From NCBI RefSeq assembly GCF_009914755.1, contig NC_060947.1: DNA of 64,000 bases, one strand, 5' to 3'. Both the position numbers and the translations under genes were made by a program. Shown in pieces: positions 16,088 through 27,478 of this stretch (position 1 is the first letter of the stretch; each line of letters begins with the position of its first letter). The notes below the pieces were generated by a model. It ran no database searches. It was given only the letters and a program-made list of their open reading frames with translations, and was not told the DNA's origin. The DNA is from the human T2T-CHM13v2.0 reference genome, Homo sapiens.

Positions 16088-16418
16088 CTAGGATTCCACA
16101 GGTCTGTGGTGGGAGTGAGCAGTCTCCCAGTCCCTTCATTCACTCCTTCTCCAGGTGTTATTCATGGCTAGGAACCAGCCATAATGTTCAGGCACTATGT
16201 GTTGGGCCTCAGCTTTCTTTACCTTCAGCCTCAGCATTTAATTCTTTTCTCCATCTGCATTTGGCGTTTTTCTCTTGGAAGATCTAGTTAAATTATGTTG
16301 GTATAGTTCAAAACTATGGTCCCTTTCTGTAGAAATGGCACTTCCCAGCTGCATCTACTTGGCCATCTTGGAAGAAGTCCTAATCTGATTAAAAAATATG
16401 TGCCAAGATCATAAGGCA

Positions 16419-16516
16419 TCCTCACAGAAACTTAGACTTCCACATAATAATTGTGGAAGTCTTCAACACTCCATTTATAGTATTAGACAGATCGTTGTGG
16501 CAAAAAGTTAACAAAA
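16419..16516 (+). mobile_element. ~100-bp L1 ORF2 (endonuclease) fragment
   Basis: Aligns by eye to 19159-19255. Confidence 0.75.
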
Positions 16517-16988
16517 TGCAGCAGGCCTTTAGCTGAGACGTTCTTATGTTGCCTAATTAACAGCCATTGATGGGACTTCTACTCACTGAAGATGATGACT
16601 AAAAGATAAATACTTAGTGCAAACAAATCACACTTAATGTACTTATAAAGACAGCTGTGCCTTTCTTACTGATTTCTTCAATGATTCTGAAAAAATAGTT
16701 CCATATTTATCTTCTTAATGTCATAATCAGTTGCCACAATTGGTGACTTGTTCAAAAATTGCTAAGAGATCTTATCATAAATAGTGCTATTATTCCTGTG
16801 ATTATTATTTATAAATAGGACCTAACCAACATTATATAAAATGGACTCTTCACTCAATTTGTGATTGTTGTAAAGTAACTTAAATCAACAGGATTTTAAA
16901 AATCCTCTTAACATTGGGAAGAAAAATGTACACAACAGGCAATGCAGAACAAGTCAGGAAAACATAGAAGGATAAAGAAAAATAATGC

Positions 16989-17051
16989 AATTGTCTGGCT
17001 TTTATTATTTCTTCTTCAATAATTGTCTGGCTTTTATTATTTCTTCTTCAA
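16989..17051. repeat. 32-bp perfect tandem duplication
   Basis: AATTGTCTGGCTTTTATTATTTCTTCTTCAA(T) x2. Confidence 0.95.
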
Positions 17052-17109
17052 GCAAGGTCGCTGTTTTAGATGAAAGTAAATGATTGCCTATTTCTTTGCA
17101 CACAGTAGG

Positions 17110-17669
17110 TGTGATGGTTAATATTGAGTCTCAAGTTGATTGGATTGAAGGATGCAAGGTATTGTTCCTGGATATCTCTGTGAGGGTGTTGCCAAAGGAG
17201 ATTAACATTTGAGTCAGTGGACTTGGAGAGGCAGACCCACCCTCAATCTGGGTGGGCACCACCTAATCAGTTGCCAGCACAGCTAGAATAAAGCAGGCAG
17301 AAGAACGTGGAAGGACTTGACTTGCTGAGTCTTGCGGCTTTCATTTTTCTCCCATGCTGGATGCTTCTTGTCCTCGAATATTGGACTCCAAGTTTTTCAG
17401 CTTTTGGACTCTTGGACTTACACCACTGGTTTGCCAGGGTCTCTGAGGCCTTTGGCCACATACTGAAATCTGCATTGTTGGCTTCCCTACTTTTGAGGTT
17501 TGGGGACTCGGACTGTTCTACCACTGGCTTCCTTGCTCCTCAACTTGCAGACGGCCTATCGTGGGACTTCACCTTGAGATAATGTAAGTCAATTCTCCTT
17601 AATAAACTCCCTTTCATATATGCATATATCCTATTACTTCTGTCCCTCTACAGAACCCTGACTAATGCA
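17110..17669 (+). mobile_element. MLT2A (MLT2A2-like) solo LTR
   Basis: TGTGATGGTTAATATTGAG...AACCCTGACTAATGCA; 560 bp; near-TSD GTAGG/GGAGG. Confidence 0.9.
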
Positions 17670-17879
17670 GGAGGCATTCAGTTCATTTAAAACATTCTCA
17701 GAGCACCTTGCAATGGGAGCAAAACAGTCTCATTCTATTTGACAATCTGATTCTTTGAAAATGAGTTTGATCATTCAGACACTTAAACCAAACAACAATA
17801 GGAACATATACTATATTGCCATGTTTTATACATACTCTATTATTATACATGTTAGAATATGATCAATACATACATATCT

Positions 17880-17992
17880 TTTTACCCTACCAGACCATGA
17901 CTGCTTTGTAAGAGTCATTATTTTATTATCTCTCTGTCACCAACAGTTTCTTGTATAGAGTAGGTACTCAGCAAATATGTGTTGAACAAATA
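17880..17992 (+). mobile_element. L2 3' end fragment
   Basis: ...ATAGAGTAGGTACTCAGCAAATATGTGTTGAAC resembles the L2 terminus. Confidence 0.55.
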
Positions 17993-18514
17993 ATAACTGT
18001 AATGACAGTAATTTTATTTTCATTTTTATAAAGATGAGAGTTGTTGTTCCTACAATTATGCATACTTCTGTAATCATGAAAGATAAAAGTAGAGCAGCCA
18101 TCCATTAGAAACCTGATTATCTGTACATCAAGTAGCAGCATAATAATAATAATACTTTTATCTCCATCATTAAATTGTGTATAATTACTTTCAAGACTGC
18201 ACATTTCTAATAAGATTCTCCTACTTAGGGGACCCTTAACTCTCCAGAATGTCATGAAAATAGATTCATACATGTTCTTTCCAGATTATTTCAACAAGTT
18301 ATATATACAACTAGTGTTTCTCTTGTAATTGAAAAAATAATGTAACTACAATGACTATGAACTTACTAATCAACTTTTCAAATGTTTTACTCTTTATCGT
18401 AAATGAGACTTGCAAAATTTTATAAAAGAAAGCAACACAAGTAAATTAATAAGTAGTTACAGGATGCATAAACATTAGTAAATCGAACTGAGGTTCTATC
18501 ACTTAAAGATGGTA

Positions 18515-19816
18515 TTAACTTCATAAGAAAGGAGAAATAAAATATGTTTCAGACAAGCAAATGCCAAGGGAATTCTTTACCACCAGATTTGCCCTACAAG
18601 AGCTCCTGAAAGAAGCACTAAATATTTAGAGACTTTGACCAGGCACTACAAAAACATACTTTAGTACACCAACCAGTGTCACTATAAAGCTACCAGATGA
18701 ACAAGTCTGCATAATAACCAGGTAACATCATGATTCCATGATCAAGTCCACACATTTCAATGCTAACCTTGAATATAAACAGGCTTAATGTCCCAATTAA
18801 AAGACACAGGGTGGCAAGCTGGAAAAGAAACAAACAAACAAACAAAACAAAACAAAAAAAAACACAAGACGCAATTGTATGCTGTCTTCAAGAGACTCAT
18901 CTCACGTACAGTAACACCCATAGGCTCAAAATAAAGGAATGGTGGAAAATCTACCAAGCAAATGAAAAACAGGAAAAAGCAGGGGTTGCAATCCTAGTTT
19001 CTGACAAAACAGACTTTAAACCAACAACGATCAAAAAACACGAAGTAGTGCATTACATAAATGGTAAAGGGCTCCATTCAAAAAGAAGGCATAACTGTCT
19101 TAAATATGTATGCACCCAACACACAAGCACCCAGATTCATAAATTAAGCTCTTCAAGACCTTCACAGAAATTTAGACTTCTACATCATAATCGTGGAAGT
19201 CTTCAACACCCAATTGACAGTATAAATAGATCATTGTGGCAAAAAATTGACAAAGATATTCAGGACCTGAACTCAGCTCTGGATCAAATGAACTTGATAG
19301 ACATCTACAGAACTCTTCACCCCCAATACAACAGAATATACATTGTTCTCATTGACACATGGCACATACTCTAAAAGTGAACACATAATTGGACATAAAG
19401 AACTCCTCAGCAATTGTAAAAAACTGAAATCATAACAACCACTCTCTTGGATTGCAGCACAATTACAATAGAATTCAAGACTAAGAAAATGCTCAAAGCC
19501 ATACAATTACATGAAAATTGAATAACCTGCTCCTAAATGACTTTGGGGGTAAATAATATAATTAAGGAAGATATCAATAAATTCTTTGAAACTAATGAGA
19601 ATAAAGATACAATATACCAGAATTTCAGGGATACAGCTAAGACAGTGTTAAGAGGGAAATTTATAGCACTAAATGCCCACATCAGAAAGTTAGAAAGATA
19701 TCCATTTAACAACCTAAAATTACAACTGAAAGAACTAGGGACCCAAGAGCAAACCAAGCCCAAGGCTAGAAAAGGCAAGAAATAACCAAAATCAAAGCTG
19801 ACCGAAAAGAGATTGA

Positions 19817-19861
<45 letters not shown>

Positions 19862-22277
19862 ACACACACACACACACAAAAATTTAAAAGAACAATGAAT
19901 CCAGGAGTTGGCTTTCCAAAAAAAATCATAAAATAGATAGACCACTAGCTAGACTAAATAAGAAGAAAAGAGAGAAGATCCAAATAAGCACAATTAGAGA
20001 GGACAAAGGGGTTATTACCACTGATGGTACAGAAATACAAACAGACATCAGAGAATATTATACACGTGTATATGCACACAAACTAGCATATCTAGAAAAG
20101 CAGAATAAATTCCTGGACAAATACACTCTCTGAAGACTGAAACAGGAAGAGATTGTGTCTCTGAACAGACCAATAGTGAGTTCAGAAATTGAAAAAGTAA
20201 TAAATAGCCAACAAACAAACACACAAACGAAAAAGCCCAGGACCAGATGGATTCACAGCCAAATTCTATCAGTTGTACAAAGAAGATCTGGTGTCATTCC
20301 TACTGAAACTATTCTAAACAATTGAGGAGGAGGAATTCCTCCATAACTTATTCCATGAGGCCAGCATCATCCTAATACCAAAACCCAGCAGAGACACAAC
20401 ATAAAAAAGAAAACTTCAGGCTGGTATCCTTGATGAACAATTGATGCAAAAATTCTCAACAAAATACTGGCAAACCAATTTCAGCAACACATCAAAAAGC
20501 GTATGCACCATGAACAAATATGCTTTATCCCTGTGATGCAAGGTTGGTTCAATATATGCAAATCAATAATGTGATTTATCACATAAGCAGAGCTAAAGAC
20601 AACAAAATCACATATGATTATCTCAATGGATGCAAAGAAGGCTTTTGATAAAATTCAACACCCTGTCATGTTAAAAACTCTCAATAAACTATGTGTTGAA
20701 TAAACAAACTTCAAAATAATAAGAGCCATCTATGACAAACCTATAGCCAACATCATATTGAATGTGCAATAGCTAGAAGCATTCCCTTTGACAACCAGCA
20801 CACGACAAGGATGCTTTTATCTCACCACTCCTATTGAACATACTGTTGAAAGTCCTGGCCAGGGCAATCAGGCAAAAGAAATAAAGACATCCAAATAAAA
20901 AGAGAGAAACCCAAATTATTCCTGTTTGGAGATGACATGATTCTACATCTGCAAAACCCCATAGTCTTGATTCAAAAGCTCTTTAAGCTGATAAATAACA
21001 TCAGCAAAGTCTCAGGATACAAAATCAGTGTACAAAAATCAGTAGCATTCCTATAAACCAACCACAGACAAGCCAAGAACCAAATGAGGAGTGCAATCTC
21101 ATTCAAAATTGCCATATAAAAAATAAAATAACTAGGAATACAGACAACAAAGAGATGAAAAATCTCTACAATGGGAACTGCAAAGGACTGCTCAAATAAC
21201 TCAGAGATGACACAAACAAATGGAAAAACATTCCATATTTTTGGATAGGAAGAATCAACATCGTTAAAATGGACATACTGTCCAAAACAATTTACAGAGT
21301 CAATGCTATTCCTAACAAACTACCAATGACATTTTTCAGAGAACTAGAAAAAAATCTATTTTAAAATTCACATGAAACAAAATAGAAGCCTGAATAGCCA
21401 AAACAATCCTAAGCCAAAGAACAGAGCTGGAGGCATCATGATACCCAACTTTTCAAACTATACTACGGGGCTGCAGTAACCAAAACAGCATCATAGTGGT
21501 ACAAAAACAAACACATAGACCAATGGAACAGAATAGAGGTCGCAGAAAAAAGGCCACACATGACAATTATGTAATCTTTGAGAAAACGGACAAAAAATGC
21601 AATGGGGAAAGGACTCCGTATTTAACAAATGGTGTTGGGATAATTGGCTAGCCAAATGCAGAGGACTGAAACTGGACCCTGTATTTACGTCATACAAAAA
21701 AATTAATTCAAGATGGACTGGGGAGTTAAATGTAAAACCCAAAACTATAAACGCCCAGAAGGCAACCTAGGCAATACAATCCTGGACGTAGGAACAGACA
21801 AAGATTTCATGATGAAGATGCCAAAAGCAATTGCAACAAAAGCAAAAATTGACAAATGGGATCTAATTAAACTAGAGACATTCTGCACAGCAAGAGAAAC
21901 TATAAGCGGGGAAAACAGACAACCTACAGAATGGGAGAAAATTTTTGCAAACTATTGATCTGACAAAGCTCTAATATCCAGAATCCATAAGGAACTTAAA
22001 GAAATTTACAAGAAAAAAGGCAAACAGTCTCCTTAAACAGTGAAAAAAGGACAATTATGAGAACACATGGACACATAGAGGGGAACAACAGACACTGGAA
22101 CCTACCAGAGAGTGGATGTGGGAAGGAGGGAGTGGATCAGGAAAAATAACTGTTGGTTACTAAGCTTAATGTCTTGGGGACAAAATAATCTGTACAATAA
22201 ACCCCCGTGACGTGAGTTTACCTATGTAACAAACCTGCACATGTACCCCTGTACCTAAAACAAAAGTTTAAAAAAAT
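18515..22277 (+). mobile_element. 5'-truncated L1 (L1PA13-like) with an internal deletion near 22053
   Basis: End of ORF1, ORF2 EN remnant (18760-19374), RT and downstream remnants, 3'UTR ending CCTAAAACAAAAGTTAAAAAAA. Confidence 0.9.
19818..19877. repeat. (CA)n microsatellite inside L1 ORF2
   Basis: About 30 CA units with one GA interruption. Confidence 0.95.
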
Positions 22278-23528
22278 TAGGCCTACAATTCAAATTATAT
22301 CATCATAATGGTTTTCTTTTTTTCTAAAATTTATTATTTTTATAATTATTTGTGCTTGTTCACATCACAACATGTACTTTCAGTTCTCTAGTTAGGTTTA
22401 TAAAGAAAGCACTGTGTTTATTTTTCTGGATAGGGATAATTACACTTGTAGTCACAATAACTGTATAACTGTGAAACAGGAAAAAAACCAACAAACACAA
22501 ATTATCACCACTTTACGGTGGCCTTTGGCATAACTACATCAGAAAAGTGCGCGAGGGTGTACTATGATAGAGCGCCAATATAATTTACATTAACAAATGC
22601 TGCATATAAAAATGATAATATCTTTTTGCCTGTATTCAATAATTATGTTACTTCAATGAAATCTTTGAACAGTTGTGAATATTATTTCTCAGGAGTCAAT
22701 GGGCAATACTGAAGATGCTTAATAACATCAGAAAATATAGAGTTTTGGCTGAAAACCAATATGTAGAGTGTAAACAAATGATTATTTAAAAGCATAAAAA
22801 TGTATATTACATTCAATTTGTTATAATAAAAGCTGGACAAACTGCTCATTTTCTTCTCAAAATTGAGAGAAACTGATGCAATCCTAATCATGAACATTTT
22901 ATAGAAATACAATGCTTGGATGTAATAAAATGATTATCAGAAAGAATGCTGTCTTTGGCTTCAGAATGAAAAAAGTGTATATGACGGTAGAGGTTGATAG
23001 GTGATTAAATTAATCTCATCTCTTAGTTTCTGAACTAACATATTTTTTAACATTTATATTTATTCTGGCAAATATCTATACATACAGGAAAAACATGCCA
23101 AAATTATGAATTCATCAATATAATGAACATAGATATGTATAATTTCCACTTGACCTTTATGTAGCTGCAGGCCCAAATTGTAGCATCTTCCACATTGCCT
23201 AATCCATGCCTATTATTTCTTTGAACCAGAAAGCTTTCTCTAATAAAAGTTAATGCTCAAGGATTTGCTTTATATTTCCTCTCACTTATGAATACTTTGT
23301 TCTATTTTTTCATACGTTAAAATTATTTTTAAATGCGTATGCATTTTCACAGACAGATTATAAGAACTCTGTGAGAAGCAAATATCCAGTATGATGTGGC
23401 TGTATAAAACAGTAACTCAATAAATTCTTAATAAATAAGCATCTATTAATAGCCTTAAAGAACATGTGGTCGTTGTAATTTTCACTTTATGAGAAATATT
23501 GACTTTGAAAGATATCTATGCATTCTTA

Positions 23529-23568
23529 ATTTCAATGTAAAGAAAATGCATTTTCTTTACATTGAAAT
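23529..23568. repeat. Perfect 40-bp palindrome
   Basis: ATTTCAATGTAAAGAAAATG|CATTTTCTTTACATTGAAAT. Confidence 0.97.
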
Positions 23569-25004
23569 ATATAATTTCAGCAAACTTCACTAAACTTCAG
23601 GGTCAAAACTGAAGTTTTGATGAATAATATATAATGTTGAATGAATAATATATAATGAAGGATATAGCATAGTACACAGACTGGATTATGTAAAGTCTTA
23701 TATTATTCACTTTAGCAGTAAAACCTTCTCCTCATAGAGAGTAAAACTTGTATGATCAACTAGTAAACCAAGGTGCTAATAAAGACAAGTTTTTTGATTC
23801 AGTACCCAACTGTGCAAGTTAATCATATAATAACATACATTTTTTTTTTGGTCACACATTATGCATTTCTTTTTATTCAGTTATTTTAAAAGTAGTCATG
23901 AAAGAGACTTAAAAAAAAGTTTGTGGATCGTTCACTGCAGTCCATTGTGAGCACTGATTATGACTCAGTTGCATCAGCAGAAATATGCAGGACTTGAGGG
24001 TGAAGACATCTCTTGAATTCATAAGGCATCTTTCCTTGAAGTAAACATAACATTCTTCCACTCTTGTAAAAACTCTGAGTTGTGTGTCTGTTTTATTTGT
24101 GACAATTTCATTCTGACTCATAATTCTTTGTGGTTAAATTTGACATTTTTAGCAAGAATCACAACATGAATGATCCCCATGTTCTCCATAGATTTTAATT
24201 TCACCCCATCAAGGAACTTGAAATAATTTAAAAATACTGTTCTTCAAAATGACTGATTTTATCAAACAAGTCTCAGTTGGTTTGCAACTTTCTTGATTCC
24301 TCAGCTCATCACTATTCAGCATATTCACTATATTGTCAGATCATCTCCCTATGATTAAGTGATCAAAAACAATGATAACCATAAAAGCATAAATTGCAAA
24401 AACTCCATTGCCTTTAGTATTTTTTTACAATGCACATTTTTTTGGACAAGTGAACATATGTGAAGTAATAAATCTACTAAAACTGTTTAAGAGGTATTGC
24501 AGAAATCAAATTGTAAGTTGCGATTTATGTGTATAATGATCAATGTTCACTAAAGTTTTACTTTGTTTTGTTTTCTTTTGGGGGTGGTGGTATTTTTAAT
24601 TTTTTTTGTTTTGATTTATATTTTAAAAAGACAAAAAACAGGTTTCTTGGTTAGAGGTTTGCTTTTGGTGCAGGAAAATACTAACATTAACACTGGGGTT
24701 AGATTAATCCCCAATAACTGACCATGAAATGGAATGTTTTGGAGAGCTGAGTAGGCAACTGACACCACTAGAGAAATTAGAGTTGTGGGGATTGAATTAA
24801 GTTCCTAGAGATAAATGAATACATTATATTTAAAAATGTGTTATCCAATATGGTAACAATTGGCAACATGTTGGTATTGAATACTAGAGTTGTACCTATT
24901 CCAAACCAAGATATTCTGTCCGAGTGAAGTACACAGATTTAAATATTTAGTATGAGGAAAATAATGTAAAATATCTCATAATAGGCATATAATAGGTTAT
25001 GGTT

Positions 25005-25385
25005 GAGACTGCAAATTGTTCACTCAATATCTATTCTCTCATTTCTCTGTAATAATAAAAGCTTAGCTGGGTAGCTAAATGTTGCCATGCAGCCTGGTTC
25101 CTACCGATGTAATGTAAATGGAAATGATATATTCAACCCCATTAAAATAAAATAAAAATGTCCTCTACTTATCTCTCTTTCTTCCTGCAAGCAAGAATTT
25201 TGACAAGTGGTGACAATGTGATAGCCATCTTAGGCCACAAGCTAGAAGATACATTTTCAGGGTGGCAAAGTAAAATGATAGAATGAGCCTGAGTCCTGAA
25301 AACCATGGAGTTATGTCAGCTTTCGAACACTTATTCTAGGACCATTTTGTGACAGTTAAGGTAAATTCTACCTTATCTAATTTAT
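25005..25385. mobile_element. Ancient ERVL LTR (LTR33/LTR16-like)
   Basis: Motifs GCCATCTTAGGCCACAAG...ATAGAATGAGCCTGAGTCCTGA resemble LTR33-type LTRs; highly diverged. Confidence 0.45.
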
Positions 25386-25959
25386 TTTAAATTACTGCAT
25401 AATACTCTGTGATGAATGTGCAACTACCATAAGTTTTATATCCACTTTTGGAGTAATGGACACTCAGGTTGATTCCTGCTCACTACCATCACATGTAACA
25501 CTGCAATGATATCCCCACATGGATCTATGTGAAGATTTCTTCGGGAATTACCCATAAAAAGGATTGGTTCTAAATAGAGTCTGCATATATTTCATTTGTC
25601 TAAGTAGTGTAATTTTTTTTACAATAGTTGTGCCGATTTGTATTCCATCAAACAAGTACTTTTGGGCTAGAGCAGGTGGTGAGACACCATTGCCATCAAC
25701 AGTGATATACTACATTTGGGTGGCCAGAACTGAAAAGGGAAAAATCAGCCTCACAAAAGCTCCATGAGGGAAGAAATGGTGCCTATTTTTTTCTCAGTTA
25801 TAGACCCAGTAAGTGGCACATAATTGTAGCTGTATAAGTTGTTGTTAAAGAAAAATGATAATATATGGGCCCTACAAGAATAAAGTTGTAAATTCACTGA
25901 AAAAAAAATCAGACCTTGTGGACTTGTATCACACTTATTAGAGAAAGCCTGATGCGGTA

Positions 25960-26156
25960 CACATTTCTGCTTCAAACACATTTCTCTCAGGTCTTTGCAT
26001 TGCTTGCTCCTCATTCAGGTCTCTGCTCCAGTGTTTTGTTTTCAGGGAAGACATTTCTGATTATCCTATCTAGAAGAGCACTTCAGCCCCTGCGTTGATT
26101 ATACTAAATTCCCTTCCATTGTCCCATTTTCATTCAAGTACTAAAACTATATAAAT

Positions 26157-26187
<31 letters not shown>

Positions 26188-26340
26188 ACACACATATGCA
26201 TACATACATGCGCACACACCCATATGTTCTGTCTTCCCTATTTGGAATACGTTCCATGAGGGTACGGGCTATATTCTCAGTTCCTAGAATAGTAGAGTAA
26301 ATGACATAGAGTGAGTACTCAATATATTTGCCATAGGAAT
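25960..26340 (+). mobile_element. L2 3' region with embedded (TA)n/(TG)n
   Basis: CATTCAGGTCTCTGCTC...GTTCCATGAGGG...GTACTCAATATATTTG. Confidence 0.6.
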
Positions 26341-26354
26341 GAAAGAACTATCCT

Positions 26355-26700
26355 TTAATCAATCACAATCAATATGTATTGAATTACTCCATGTAGGGTA
26401 ACCATGCTAGGCACTGTGAAAAAACTAAGAAGTATCAGACAAATCTATGCTTTCAAACTGCTTGAAGTCTGGTGAAGCAGAAAAAGGCAATGCCTACAAA
26501 AAGCTTACTAATGATACCAAACCGTTTGATACTTCTACTAATAAGTAGGAGTAGCTTAACTAATAAGTAGGTCATAGAAGCTCATAGTCTGGAAAAACTA
26601 TATGTTGGTTTCACTGAGAAGAGGTACTTGAGTTAGTACTTAAGTAGGCAAAATGGGAGGTATAGGGTCTCTAGAGGAAAGGACCTGCATGAGCTTAAAT
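26355..26700 (-). mobile_element. L2 fragment
   Basis: CAATATGTATTGAATTACT...CATGCTAGGCACTG resembles the antisense L2 end. Confidence 0.5.
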
Positions 26701-26749
26701 ATAACTGGGCTTAAAATAAGAACCACAAAGAAAATATTTCCTCAAACCT

Positions 26750-26965
26750 GCATACAGCTTTCTAGGTCACAAAGCACTTCTATGCATATTTTATCATTTA
26801 GTCCTCACAATCATTTTTGAGGTTGGTAGAGAGGAGATTGATGTCCAAATTTATTTTTGAGGAAATTCTGTTTTTGAGGCTCAGGTGCTATTTGCTTAAG
26901 GCTACTTGGTTAGAGACAGAAGCCAAATTCAAGTTTTATCATTCTTAATCCAGAGCTCTGTCCTC
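26750..26965 (-). mobile_element. MIR
   Basis: CATTTAGTCCTCACAA...GAGGAAA...GAGGCTCAG core. Confidence 0.6.
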
Positions 26966-27478
26966 AATAGATGACATCAAGGGGCAGAACTATTATACAG
27001 CTGGGATCTTGTCTATAAATATAATTACAAGGTGTACTCCTGGATGTGTTTGGATAACTGTGACTGATTTTGTTATCACTACCTGTGTTTATTTGTATTT
27101 GACTTATCTCCCCATTAGATTAAGTACATCCACAAGAGTTGGGTTGTGACCTCTACTTATTTTGTAATTTCCCCAGAATATCCTACAATTGAGAGGTGTG
27201 GATTGGCCTTTATCTATTGTATGCAATCTTACGAGAAAGGAAAACAAAACAATTTTCTTAAAAAATGTGTTATAAATTAAAATACTTGTAGATTAAACTA
27301 CAGAGATGTATACAAATAGAAACACATAGCGTACATAATTTCATCAAGAGGAGATGATTGTCTACTTCCAGTGCCTAACTCAGATCCTTAAATACATCTA
27401 TTTACAAATTATCCTCCTCAAAGATTAAAGGTCAGGGAAACTCTCTCAGTTGCAGATTTTTATAAACCAAAAAGAATC

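Noticed and set aside
19533-19877. ORF with poly-(CV) N-terminus
   Set aside because: Translation of a (CA)n microsatellite plus antisense L1.
23909-24420. Possible coding exon or transposase remnant
   Set aside because: No recognisable protein similarity in the frames I examined; stops are frequent and there is no convincing splice pair.
26537-26571. ACTAATAAGTAGG duplicated
   Set aside because: A 13-bp local duplication in a decayed L2, too short to be informative.
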